The notes below the pieces were generated by a model. The model was not told where the DNA came from. It saw only the letters and a list, made by a program, of their open reading frames with translations, and did not search any database. The position numbers were made by a program, and so were the translations under genes. DNA of 63,905 nt, filler included, from Folioceros fuciformis (lineage: Eukaryota), in the NCBI GenBank assembly GCA_049999805.1. It is 5 parts of 5 records of this genome, joined end to end, with 100 filler letters (N's around TTAATTAATTAA, not from the genome) between each part and the next. Parts side by side here need not be neighbours in the genome. Positions count along the whole stretch, not along the records: positions 17,573 to 40,188 come from JBNGIO010006130.1; 4 more parts are not named here. One strand, given 5' to 3'. Positions 24,416 to 36,554 of the stretch are shown here, one piece after another. Position 1 is the stretch's first letter. The number at the start of each line of letters is the position of its first letter.

Positions 24416-25250
24416 TCAGCTAATACGTAACTGGTCTAGCTGCAAAAAGCTGCTACAATCAACCAGTCCAAGCCTTTCTCTATGGAAGCAGTGTGTGAAC
24501 TTTTGCAAGGATTTTGTCAGTATATCTGCTATATTGTCGTCTGTAGATACATATTGTACCTTAACAATTCCTTTGTTAGGAACGTCATTAATATAATGGT
24601 GTTGTATCTCAATATGCTTCGTGCGCGCACGAAAGATAGAGTTAGCGACTAAAGCAATGGCTAACATATTACCGCAATTTAGCACTATTGGTCCTTCCTG
24701 CTTCATATCCAGATCTTCACATAGCTTTCTTTCCCATTCAGCCTCTTTCATGGCTTGAGTGAGTGCTTTGTACTCCGACGAAAGTTATATTGCAGCTTGT
24801 TTTCTACAAGACCAATTAACGATAGTGGAGCCAGCTAGAAAGCAATATGGTGAGATACTTTTTGGGTGTCAACGTGTGAAGCCCAATCCGCATCGACAAA
24901 GCATGTAAGCTAAAGATCATCCACTAGCCTTGAAGCAGATGCCATAATTTGGAGTACCCTTGAGGTACAGCATGATATGCTTGAGAGCAATCCAATGATC
25001 CTTCCTGGGTTCTCTAAGAACTGAGCAACAACATTTATAGTGTTTGAGATATCTAGTCTGGTCTGATTACTCGAGAACATGAGAGTACTAACTCCCATTC
25101 GATAAGGGATATTTTCCATTTCTTTCTTTTCTTGTTCACTTTGTGGACAAGTAGAAGATGAAAGCTTAACACCTACGACGCCAGGTGTGGCTGCCGCACG
25201 TGCATTCTCCAAATTGAAGCGTTTTAACATACCAGCTACATATCTTCCTT
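24416..25250 (-). mobile_element. Ty1/Copia reverse transcriptase-RNase H remnant
   Basis: LKRFNLENARAAATP...IPYRMGV...TRLDISNTINVVAQFLENPG and RTKHIEIQHHYI...VSTDDNIADILTKSL, with frameshifts. A purine tract (gagagggagag) lies downstream at about 24141-24155. Confidence 0.88.
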
Positions 25251-26279
25251 AATGAAGGGCTATGCTCCGTTTGCCAGCCTTTAGGCCGCGTCACGTCCGC
25301 CACTTCCACTCCCCAACACCACTACGTTTGCGCTCCTCTTTGAAATTACACGCGGACTCTCCTGGTTCCTACTTAAGGTTTCCCGCTACTTGGCCGCTTC
25401 GATTCCACTACCAGTTGCCCCTTCCATGGTGGTTCACCTTCCTGGACCGTTGCTGAGTCACAACTTCCTTATTTTCTAGCCTAAGTCCACAACCCTTCTC
25501 TTCGAGCGGGTCGCCTCTTATTCCCTAACTACAGGGGGGGGTGGTCCTTATATAGGCTCCCTAGAGTTTATTCAAGCACCAAGACCCAAGGACCACATAG
25601 CCCTTGTCCCAATCGGGCCCCTGGTCCAGATATTGGTCTACCCCAAAGCTTCAAGACCCAAGGAGGTCTTGTGTATATATATCCTTGCCTATTCTCAACT
25701 TAAGCCGCTTTCACCCTTATCTCACAAAAAAAATGAAAAACCACCAAGTCTGGCACTTGGTGAGGGGATTTTCAAACATTTTCTCTTCTACACCTAGCAA
25801 GTCCACTTGTTGAGGGGGTGCTCCGCTGGCCGCCATTCCTCGATCCAGTATCCGCTTCCCCAATAAGGTGCGCACCCTGACTAACTCCTTTGCCTACAAA
25901 TTTGCCACTAGGGGTGTGCCCTTGAAAACTTCTTCCCATCCAGGGAAGGGGTCCACCATCGAGGTCAGCCCTAACTTTTCTGAGACACCCGCAGCCACAT
26001 CAGCGGGCTTCTCTATCGCCAGCGGTGCCTCTGCAGCTAAGTCCGTAAAGGGTTTGACTGCTGGGTTCCCATTGGCCTGGCCATTCCTACAACGCAAGAT
26101 TCGCCTTGGACTTGGTGACGCGCCTCCGCCTTCCTCTTCCTCGCAGGAGTTTTCCTGCTGCTTCAAGCCTTCCACTTCCTACTGACAGTGGCCTCCTCTT
26201 CCGAACTGCCTGTTGCTCTAGATTCTCAGCTGCTGGACTCCGGCTCTAGCTCTTCTTTGGGCTCGTTCAACTTCCATTT

Positions 26280-26930
26280 AATTCCCTAATAGGTCGCCAC
26301 ATGTGCAGGGAAGTTGTAATATCCAGCTCTAGCAAGCAATTAATATGTGAGTACAAGCATAAGAGAAAGGGGGAAATTAGAGATGGTCGAGGAGTGGGGG
26401 AGGTCAGATTTTGCCTCTCCTCTCTCAGCCTGTCAAAAATAATTCTTCCCTAGTCGATTCTGCTTCCCTTGACCACCTCATGCAAAAACAATAGCATGTG
26501 GTCAGACAAATAATCCTGCTTATTGTGCTGCAGGAAGCAGTATAGCCATTTGGCCAGGCCCATAAACTGAGCGGGTACCATCTCTCGCGTTAACCAACCA
26601 TTGGCCTCTCGCCCCGTGCCTGGCTTGAATAGGATCGTTGCTACTGCTGCCGTGTTCCGCTTTCGGAGGGACTCGATCACAATCCCTCTAGCTTCCCCCT
26701 CACTACGCCCATACTCCGCCTTGATCAGGTCTAGGTCCCAGTCCTGCAACCGGTCCCTGATTCCGCCCATCGGCGCCTTGGCCCTCAGCTGTCGAGCACA
26801 TTCCTCCACCAAGCCCGGGTTCGCGTAGTTCCAGCACTTGGTCATGAACCCGAGACCCAGATTTTTCACCAGGTCCCCTGCCTAGACTCTCTAGTGGTCC
26901 ATGTTTGGCTAGAAGGCAATCTCAACTTGC
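26280..26930 (-). pseudogene. Decayed retroelement-associated accessory ORF, copy B
   Basis: WNYANPGLVEEC...IRDRLQDWD...EYGRSEGE...NGWLTRE...SRID*GRIIF, where the stop replaces the W of DWG. Confidence 0.5.
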
Positions 26931-26987
26931 GCTATGGGCTGTGGTGCTCCTGCAAAAGCTAATCGTCGTTAGTGCAACCGTTGCTCA

Positions 26988-27260
26988 TGTAGGGTTATTA
27001 AAGCCCAATGTGCTTAGCCTAATGTGTTTAGTCTAAGATTAGTGTCTAGTTAAGTATCATTTTTTTAGATTAGCTTAAGCTAATCTTTAGGAAGCTTCTT
27101 CCACATCTTCCTATGAGCTTCTTGTGAAGATTCCTTGGGAGCTCTTCTAGAGGGTATAAATACCCTCTTGAGCTCCCTTGCAATATTGAGATAGAGTGTG
27201 AGAGACCTTGCTTTCTCCTCTCCTCCTTCTTCATGTGGCTCCCCTCCTCCTTTATCATGT
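26988..27260 (+). repeat. Partial or solo LTR related to the Copia LTR at 36555
   Basis: Starts TGTAGGGTTATTAAAGCCCAATGTGCTTAG and shares gggagctcttctagagggtataaata...ttgagctcccttgca (with TATA box) with 36555-36790. Confidence 0.75.
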
Positions 27261-27896
27261 TGCTCCCCTAGCGATCCGTCAGCTCACACTTCTCAGGTTG
27301 CTTGGGCAACGCCGCCACTACCTCAGCATGTTCCTCATAGCCTCGCATACTCCGGAGCCTCTCAGGATATTGCTGCTGTCGCCGCGTCCGCTGTCTCCTC
27401 GATGGTCGCCGCACTCAGCTTGTACTCCTACGCTTTGGTCTGTCCAGAACCCACTTCCCAACACTGCTTCAGTCGTGGTTGTGCTCCACTCCGAAAATAC
27501 GTCCCCAACACTTGGACTTCCCTTTAGGGTTTCCACCTTTCGGGCCTCGTTCCTGTTTCCACAACTTGTACCAATTTCCACTACTGGTAGTGTCTTCTAC
27601 GACCGCTTTCCCCCTTCAGCGGCCATCGTCAGGCTTCGACTTCCTCTTTCAAGACTAAGTCCACAAAAAACCCGGACTTCCTACTCTTGGCTCGACCTCT
27701 AGCTCCTAATCACAAAATGACTCTATGTCTAGGCCCTCCCCCCCCCCCCTCTCTCTCCTGCTCTCCTCCTCCCCCCTTATCTAGGCTGTTGGAGAATGGT
27801 TCAAAGGCCAAGGAACAATGAGCCCACCTGGTCCGAGGACCAATTATTGGTCAAACCAAACCTAAAACCTTAGCCCACACACAACTAGACTCCTTT

Positions 27897-28990
27897 CTAC
27901 TCCATGCTTACAAAAAAAAACAAAAATTGCTCCAACACACACTTGGACAGGGAGTTTTTAAACATTTGTTCGTCTACATACTCCTGAAAAATCTCACCCT
28001 TTGGATAGGAATCCAGCAGATATAAGACTTTCACAATCAGGAGTCTTTTGGCTGTGAGCTTGAAGAAGTGGTCCATCCAGGATATGCATTCATGTATGTG
28101 GTTGTCTTTTGAACTGCATCTTCTATTCAATTTGGACAACCATGGAGCATTGCAAAGCACCCATTTTTTCACATCCTGGTAGCGGTCCCATCCAATGCAA
28201 AATACCTTCCGAAAGATTTTCACACAACACGACACTTTTTGGTCTACTATCACAGCAATTGAAACTTAGCGCGTTTGATCCGCACATGTCTTCTCCTCAA
28301 GGGGTCCTTCTAAGTACAATTCTTGCTCCTCGCTGCCTAACGATAGAAATCGATTACGCAATTGCTTGCAATTGCTCGACCCTTCCCAATCTTCAATAGG
28401 CAACCATTGCTGCAACAATGTGATTCCCATGTTTGTCGTATTTGTCTTGGAACACATAACTTCTTTGCTCACACTTGCCGATTGAGAACATATGTCCTCT
28501 TCTTCGGAGGGCTCGGCTGTTTTAGACTCAAACTCAACAATTTCTACGGAAAGTTGTCTGCTTTAGTGTTTCCTTCATTCACACTTCTTGGATCACTGGA
28601 CTCTATCTGAAACATTTCTGGAATCTTGTTTGTACTCCCAAACAACCTTCGCTGACATTGCAATGGATTATCATTGGCATCCGTATCAGAGTTACTTCAA
28701 TCATCAATGTCACCTGAATCACTGCCTATGTCCTTGTCTAGACGTCCTGAGCAATTTGGCCTTGGCCTCGGTGGTTTCTTCTTGGTCCTAATTGCTTCAA
28801 CTAGTGTCATATTCACAATGCATCTTCTTAATCTTTCATCCACCAATCCAAGTCCTCTCGGCAGCCTCATATTTCTCCGTTCCACACACACAGTGGCCTC
28901 CGCCTTCGCTGCTTCTGCTGGATTCTTCAGCCTCTCCACCACGGGACTTTGCAACTACACTTGCCCTCCAGCGAGTGTTGCTTCCGCTCC
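27897..28990 (-). mobile_element. Degenerate DNA-transposon ORF, N-terminal region resembling DUF7869-type transposases
   Basis: Across frameshifts: CCSNGCLLKI, RNRFLSLGSEEQELYL, KVSCCVKIFRKVFCIGWDRY, ISWMDHFFK...LYL...KGEIFQEY. Recognised by motif order only. Confidence 0.4.
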
Positions 28991-29335
28991 TCTGCGCTAG
29001 GCAAAAAAGGAGAACACATTTCGAAATGGCCACAACTGGTTGCTTTGCTTTCTAGAAATTAGTGACGGCGATTTTCAAACGGGCGTATATGCAGTGGAAA
29101 GTGCGGTTGGATTTAGCATGATTCATTGCACAACTCCGTAATGAATAGTGGCCGAACATTTGGACCAGGCAATATTGCTGAGTACCAAACTGAATTATTT
29201 TCCAGATGAAGTGCCTTGTGAAATCTCGTTCATCTTCGTTGCAAACATTGCTACTAACGTCTTTTCATATTTGCAATGTAGGGATTTGAAGAAGTGCTTC
29301 AGTTTCTTTGCAAAGAGATAGTCGTCGGCATCGTC

Positions 29336-30700
29336 ATGACAAAGATGGCTGATGAAGCTCAGTTGGACAAATCCCCGATGGAGGATGTCCCTGTCCCTGA
29401 TGTCCGTCATTGGCAGTTCGCTACCACTTCACAGGAGCCCTCATCAGTGGCAGGGCTGGACAACCGGTATATAGGAGAGTCGATGGAAATCGATACAGAC
29501 AGATATCAAGCGGGAGGAGATGACGATTTGTTCAATGATGCAAATAGTGGTGAGCATGTAGATGATAATGAAGTGGAATGTGAAGAAGTGGCAGATCCGC
29601 CCAATATAAATGACGATGATGATATCGTATTTCAAGAAGTCACAAGCGAGGGATCTTTCAAAGAGGGCAACGGCAAATCTTGTGTTCCACAGTCTCGAGG
29701 TCTTGGGGAAGAAAGCTTCATCATCCCGCATGTCAATGTCAGTCGACGACAAAGAGGATGATATTCCCAAAGATGTCCACGACGACCTGCAAATGATAGT
29801 AGCAGAGTCCCCAAAGCAGCAAAAAGCTCAAGCGAAGGCAAACGTGCCAAGAAAGAAGAAGGTCATGGGTGTGGAAGAAGAAGCGCAAACCGGACGGGTT
29901 ATTACAAAGGCAGTTCTTACAGACAGGAATTGAGTGGGACGAACACTACAACATAATGATCCCATCAACATTGTGAGAGAATCAGCTCATCAAAAACGTT
30001 GTATTCCACACACCGAGGAGATGGTCGCCATCAACATGCTGTGGTCCGCTAACTATTTGACAAAACATGCTCAAATCCGACGTGTCGACAAGTCCTGGGG
30101 GAAACATTTGCTAAGTGAGATTAAAAAGGGACTAGTACAGGAAGTAGTCTTGCCGTTATTGTGTATGATAGACCCGAAGGAGTGTGCGACGATCGAGAAC
30201 TTCGACCGTGAGAAGCTGAAGAAGCAGAAGTACACAATGGGCGTACCTCGAGGGATTCATAGCTTCTACGCATTCCAAAGATTGTACGCAGAAGACCCAA
30301 AGAACTCCCACGATTAGTACATGGAGGCTCATATGTATGCGGGGCTCACGCAGAAGGAAATGCTCTGCCTTGCAACTGACCACAACATGAAGGCTGACTT
30401 TCGGAAAAAAATGTCCTTAATCAAACAAGTGCGCTATATATATGATGAGCTGAAGATTAAATGAGCAGGGAACTCTAATCACTATGACATGCAAGTATGA
30501 TTTGTACAAAATGCCCGACGTCATTGGAGATGCAAGTGATAGGGAAGAGAAGCAACGTCTGGTCGATCAGAAGACGGCAGTTCTGTGCATCGCTAGTGTG
30601 CCCCCCCCCATGTTTGGGAAAGGTCGATGAAGTTTTTAGTCTATGGGAAAGAGGAGAACTACAAGAGCAAGGGAATAGGAAGAAGGCAAGCGAATGGGGG
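29336..30700 (+). pseudogene. Decayed ORF with acidic N-terminus and ParB/Srx-like segment, probably transposon-borne
   Basis: QIRRVDKSWGKHLLSEI...PLLCMID...YTMGVPRGIHSFYAFQRL...MYAGLTQKEMLCLATDHN, with several stops and frameshifts. Confidence 0.4.
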
Positions 30701-30899
30701 AAATCGAGGAGAGGGCACACTCTGGAACACAAAATTTTGGGATACGGGACGGGCTTCTATCCTGTCGTGTTGAGTGCTTTGCCTAGAGTTTGTTACGATT
30801 TGTGTTTGCGTTTCTCATTTATGTCTGTTTGATTCTTGTTTGGTGTTCCTTGGGCTATGGTACCAGAATCCTAAACCCTAAACCCTATGGGTGGCAACA

Positions 30900-31419
30900 A
30901 CCACCTTAGAGAACAACCATCATTTGAGCTCCTTAATCCTCTCAGTCCTCCACCCGTTCTTGGTTCTTGCTAGCTCTCCTCCCAACAGCAATTCTAGTGC
31001 CCCAGATGGTAGGGTGGTGTTGGGTGACCTCCGCCCATCTATGGTTTTATCCAGGATCCCAATATCGTCGCTCTCCTCTTCCGACCTACCATACACCTCT
31101 GTCGGATGCTCCGTATAGTCCAACACCGAGGGTCAGCCCTCGCGTTTCGTTCAGGTAGAGCTTCCAACTCCTCCTTCGATTGCTGTAGGTTGGTATAGCA
31201 CTCCTTCACCAAGCCTTCATGAGCATACAACCAGTGTCTGCCATATATCCAGTCAAGTTGGATGTTTGCCCAAGTCCGTAGGTCTATCAAATCCCTTGAG
31301 TTCAGTTGGCCCCCAAAGCAAGAAAAGGACGGAACATTGGTTTGGGGAGAGCTGGCTGCCCTCGTGGGTCCTCCCCTACTACCGGAACCCACCTGAGTAT
31401 TGTTGGAGGTCCGCGCCAT
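30900..31419 (-). pseudogene. Decayed retroelement-associated accessory ORF, copy C
   Basis: WLYAHEGLVKEC...RADPRCWT and, after a frameshift, EVYGRSEEE...TKNGWRTE. Homologous to copies A and B. Confidence 0.5.
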
Positions 31420-34400
31420 AGTTGATAGAAGAAAACCCCAAGAATGTCGGTTGCCCTCCTTTACGCAAGGTTATACCCCTACCTCCGTAGGCAATTGCTC
31501 CCAGCTTTTGTGCAGCTGATTTCACGTCCCTTGCACGTTTCTCCCTATGGCTCTCACCACAGCAAAGCCCTTTCTCTCTCTTTGAGTCCGCTTGGTCACA
31601 ACAAGTAGGTCCCCGGCGTAGGTGTCTTGTCGCACAACTACTTCCTTATTCCTCGCTATGTAGGTAGATGTAGTTCCCTACGTGGAGGTGAGCACCCTTC
31701 GTTGATGGGACACCTTAGGTAGGGACCCCTTTAAATACCCTCTTGTCGTGGGTATACTTCTATATGTAGTAACTGCCCTTAATAGATACCCTACATAGGT
31801 GTCCCCTTTTCTGTAGGTAGCTTGCCCTTCACAACTATATTTCTTATTTGGGTACTACCTCCCATAGAGATATCCTCCCTACGTGGGCATACCTCCCTAT
31901 AGGTAGCCATCCCAAAGAAGGTAACTTCTTTATAATACTACCCCTTATTATCGCCACTCATCTAACCTACCAAACCAAGACCAAACAAAACTGAAAATGT
32001 TATAAGCCGCTCGTTACCTACTGCGGGTATTTGCCAAAAACCCGCATTCCACAACTCACCAGCCATCTCTACATAGCCAAATGACAAGTCATTTATCATT
32101 TCCAAAGATAAAACTTGTACACGCATGCAAAACTTTAACCCTGTCTTACTACTGAACTGCTTCTATGCCGCAGAACCTCCCTCACTGCTACTACTAATCA
32201 GTTTCACACTAACATTCTCCGCTGCACCTTCTAAAGCAAACTTCTCTAGCTTAAGTCTTTTGGACCTTCTCTCAGGAAGGTCCCCAGTCACCACACCCTC
32301 ACCAACCTTCCATCTAGTGTAGCCCCTTCGGTAAACTTTTCCTCTCCTAGCTTGGTAGCTTAAGCTCCTCCTAGACGGGTCATGCTTGTGATAGTCCTCG
32401 ACTCGTCTAGGCCCCTCCGAAATCTTGCACTTGTTCCCCACTCCGCTCTTCACTTGTGGTGACTCGCTCCTCTTGAGTTACTGGTACCACCTCGTAATAA
32501 CCTCGTAGGCAACATCCAGCCGAAGTGCCATCTTTCAACAACCCACTCTCGATTCCTCCTGCCAACGTTGCAAGAAAAGCCCCTACCGAAAACCCGTCTT
32601 CATCTCCTGTCTCGTGAGCTGCTGGCGGGTCTCCCTTTTGCGACTCACTCTCCTCTCTAGACTCGTGCCCTGTCCCCTTCCCGTTTCTTGGCGTTGCTTC
32701 AACCCCCTGAACTACAGACGAGACCTTTCTTGCAAATTCGTCCTCGCTCTCTTGCTCACACACCACTGGCAACCCTTCCTTCGACAGAATTCCGCCGCCA
32801 TCGCCCAGCGCCCCTTCTCCCTGCTCGGGATGTGCCGACTCGTCACCCTTTGCCTGTCCCAACCTCGCCGCGCCAACCTCGTTGGCTCCCTCTAACTGAA
32901 GTATCACTGGGTTACCCGTCACCGGAGGCAAAACAGGCGGCCCGCACACATTTGTCACTGTGTCCCTAATCCTCTCCAGCCTAGGGCTCATGCCACATCT
33001 GAGCCTCTCCAACTCTACCTTCTGCTCCTCAAGCTATCGCAGGAGCTGAGCTTTGTGACCCTAGGCGCAATCGTTGGTCCTACACGACCTTTTGCTGGTT
33101 TCTTGCTCCACGCCCTAGAAACTCCCGAACACCCTGCGTGCTCCTTGCCCTTGCCCATCATGGCTACGTCTTCCCTCACCCTTTCTTCTTCGCAAATTTC
33201 TTCCCAAGCACCGGTATGCAGCCTCACGCTCCATCTCCTTAAATTCCTTGTCCAGTACCACGGCGTAGTCTCTCTCTTTCTTGATCTTTCAACGAAATGA
33301 ATGAAAAAGTCACCCATAGCTCACTCCGACACTGTGACCTTAGCCACTTTTGTTCCTTGCTAACTTTTTGAAATTCTACCTCAATGGCTCTCACCTCAAT
33401 CTCTATGGTCTTCTTGATCTCCACACCCTCTTCGAGGTCACACTCCCAAACTTTTCTAAAGCACCACAAACTCCAATAAGGTCGTCTTTTGATCCTATAA
33501 GCAAAAATTTAACACGACTTTTGCAACACCGACATACCACCCACACCTACCTACCCCTCTTCTCAAGCAAAATGCTCCGCTTCCGAAAGAGGTAAAACTC
33601 ACGCACAAACTCAACTTCTAATGTGCCAAAACTCAAACAAAAACCATCATCAAACAGATTCTTTTGATAGTATCAAGTTTTAAGATATCGATCTGATGAT
33701 GCTCCGTGCTATGCCATTGCAACGCTTTCCTATGCACTAACGTGTACAAACGTTGATTGACAACACAGAACCTTTTATTCAATTGTTCAGTTCGCTACAA
33801 GCTTCTTTGTTCTATCACACATCGAAAAACACTCAATGTGCCTTAGATCATCAAAATTTCTATGCGAACTATCAAAAGAATGTTCGATCATTCTTTCTTC
33901 ATCCCTATATGCCTACAACATACCATTACTAACTACCTGAATGGTCATTGCTAGACCGTTATCAACTGTCTGCAAAGTTATCCATCAAAAACCCTACTCT
34001 TCAACCATTCCTTCGCGAGAACTTTTGCCTACCAATAGTTTCTTTTGTCCAAACGTAAGTGACTTATCCTTAATGCCAACGTGTTTGTCCCAAGCAAACA
34101 GCTCTTGCATTTGCGACCTGCACAAAAAGTTCTCACAGATGCAAAACTCTAAACAGACTTTCTAAGCCATGACAACCATTACAGAGTCCTGATAGATGTG
34201 GAAAGGCGGCCCTCGTTCGACTACCACCAGCTCCGACTACTTCAACCCCCACTCCAGCTCCTCGGAAGAAGGTGGTTGCACTAGTGGCACAGCCCAAGGT
34301 GCTCCCCGTCGCTCCAGTTCCACTGCCCATGTCGGAGCCGTCGAAGGACAATGGCCGAGCTGCCCCAACTTCTCCTTCCATGGCGTCGGCACCCAACGCT

Positions 34401-34435
34401 CCTCCTTCGAACGGAAGGCGGAGGCTCCATCCGTT

Positions 34436-36265
34436 CCGGCACCCTCACCCAAACCACGTGCTACCCGAGCGATGTGTACAACGGGTCGGATGATTTCTCT
34501 TCGAAGCACTCCACCCCCACGAAGTTGCTTTTTTTTCTTCCCAATCTCTCTGTGGTCTCCCCCTCTCTCTCTGTCTTGCTTGCTTTTTTTTTTTCTTCCC
34601 AATATCTCTATGGTCTCCCCCTCTCTCTCTGTCTCACTCGCTTTTTTTTCTTCCCAATCTCTTTGTGGTCTCCCCCTCTCTCTCCTCGACAAACTATGAG
34701 GATTGGTTGACTCCTACAACACATCGCACAAGACGAGACCTTGTTACAAAACTTCAATGCAGTTGGGAGTGACTCAGATACACTTAGCCATGCTGACATA
34801 TTTGAAGGATTATTGATAGCAGGCGTTTTGAGCATCTTGAGTAAGTGTCCTCGTATTCTCGAAAGGCTCTTTTTTCTAGAGGATTGTAGTCCAGAAGTCT
34901 TACAAGTACATAACCTTGGATCTTCTGCTGTTTTTTGTGAACGCCATTTTGTTAAGATCTTTGACTTTGAACTTAAAGACTTGGGTCTACCCTTCAAGAT
35001 TTTAACCTTGCCAAAGCTGTTGAAAATCATGAAGGTGTGGTCCCGGAGAACGGAATTTATAGATAGTTTTTAGTCTTTCTTAGTGGATTTGTGTCGGTTG
35101 AAAAATAAATCGTCGGAGTGTACCTCTGACAGCATACTAGACTTGTTTTCGAAGTAAGAAAACGTCTTTTTCTCTCGATGTTTTTAACGGACCCAAGGCT
35201 TTCGGAGGAAAGCACATGCTACACTTCACTAGATCGACGGACTGACAATAGGTCCGATCTGAATCGGGACTAGTACTCCGACAACATGCACGTGAAGGGG
35301 CGTAACTGTCTCGAGCGATTCATCAGTTCCGGCACTCCCACCCAAGCCACATGCTACCCGGGCGAGGTCTACAGCGGGCCGGATGATTTCTCTTCGAAGC
35401 AGTCCACCCCCTCGGAGTCGCTTTTTTTTCTTCCCAATCTCTCTATGGTCTCCCCCTCTCCCTCTGTCTCGCTTGCTGTTTTTTTCCTTTACAATCTCTC
35501 TGTGGTCTCCCCCTCTCCCTTTGTCTCGCTTGCTTTTTTTTCTTCCCAATCTCTCTGTGGTCTCCCCTTCTCTCTCCTCGACAAACTATGTGGATTGGTC
35601 GACTCCTACAACACATCACACAAGACTGGACCTTGTTACAAAACTTCAATGCAGTTGGGAGCGACTCAGATACAGTTAGCCATGCTGACATATTTGAAGG
35701 ATTATTGACAACAGGCGTTTTGAGCATCTTGAGTAAGTGTCCTCGTTTCTCGAAAGGCTCTTTCCTCAGGAGGATTGTAGTCCAGAAGTCTTACTGGTAC
35801 ATAGCCTTGGATCTTTTGCTGCTTTTTGTGAACACCATTTTGTTAAGATCTTTGACTTTGAACTTAATGACTTGGATATACCCTTCAAGATTTCAACCTT
35901 GCCAAAGTTGTTGAAAATCATGAAGGAGTGGTCCCGGAGAGCGCAGTTTATAGATAGTTTTTAGTTTTTGTTAGTGGATTTGTGTTGGTTCAAAAATAAA
36001 GCATGGGAGTGTACCTCCGACAGCATACTGAACTTGTTTTCGAAGTAAGCAAACGTCTTTTTTCTCTCGATGTTTTCAACAGACCCGAGCCTTTGGGAAG
36101 AAAGCACATGTTGCACTTCACTGGACCGACGGACAAACCCGAGCCTTTCGAAGGAAAGCACATGCTACACTTCGTTGGACCGACGGATTGACCATAGGTC
36201 CGATCTGAACAGGGACTAGTACTCCAACAATATACACGTGAAGGGGCGTAACTGTCGCGAGCGAT
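34436..36265. repeat. Tandem duplication (about 0.9-kb unit) with internal CT-rich subrepeats of about 55 bp
   Basis: Copies start ccggcac..cacccaa at 34436 and 35329. Both contain gcttttttttcttcccaatctctctgtggtctccccctctc subrepeats and the same downstream ORF-like segment. Confidence 0.85.
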
Positions 36266-36554
36266 TGCAGACGTACTGAAGTCATCAAGCGTGAAGTCTT
36301 AAACTTGTGAAGGCTAGCCTTACGCTCCACTCACCCTTCTCTCTCTCTTTCCCCTCCGCCCCGCCATCTCACTCTCTTTCTCCCTACACGTTCCCGCCCC
36401 TGAGTTTTCTTGCTTCGGTTGTCGTCTATTTCGTCTCGCCGTGGTTCTTGATCTTGGTTGCATCAACGCGCTCATCTGCGCCAGTAGGACCACTTCCCTC
36501 CACATCTTGGCTATTCATCCTCCTTCGACACCAAGATCACTTCTCCGACCATGT

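Noticed and set aside
30870-30886. ctaaaccctaaaccct telomere-like motif
   Set aside because: Only about two units, a common interstitial telo-box-like sequence within transposon debris.
33860-34130. Possible Ulp1-type protease remnant (FFIPICL...GH)
   Set aside because: Too degenerate; catalytic residues cannot be placed.
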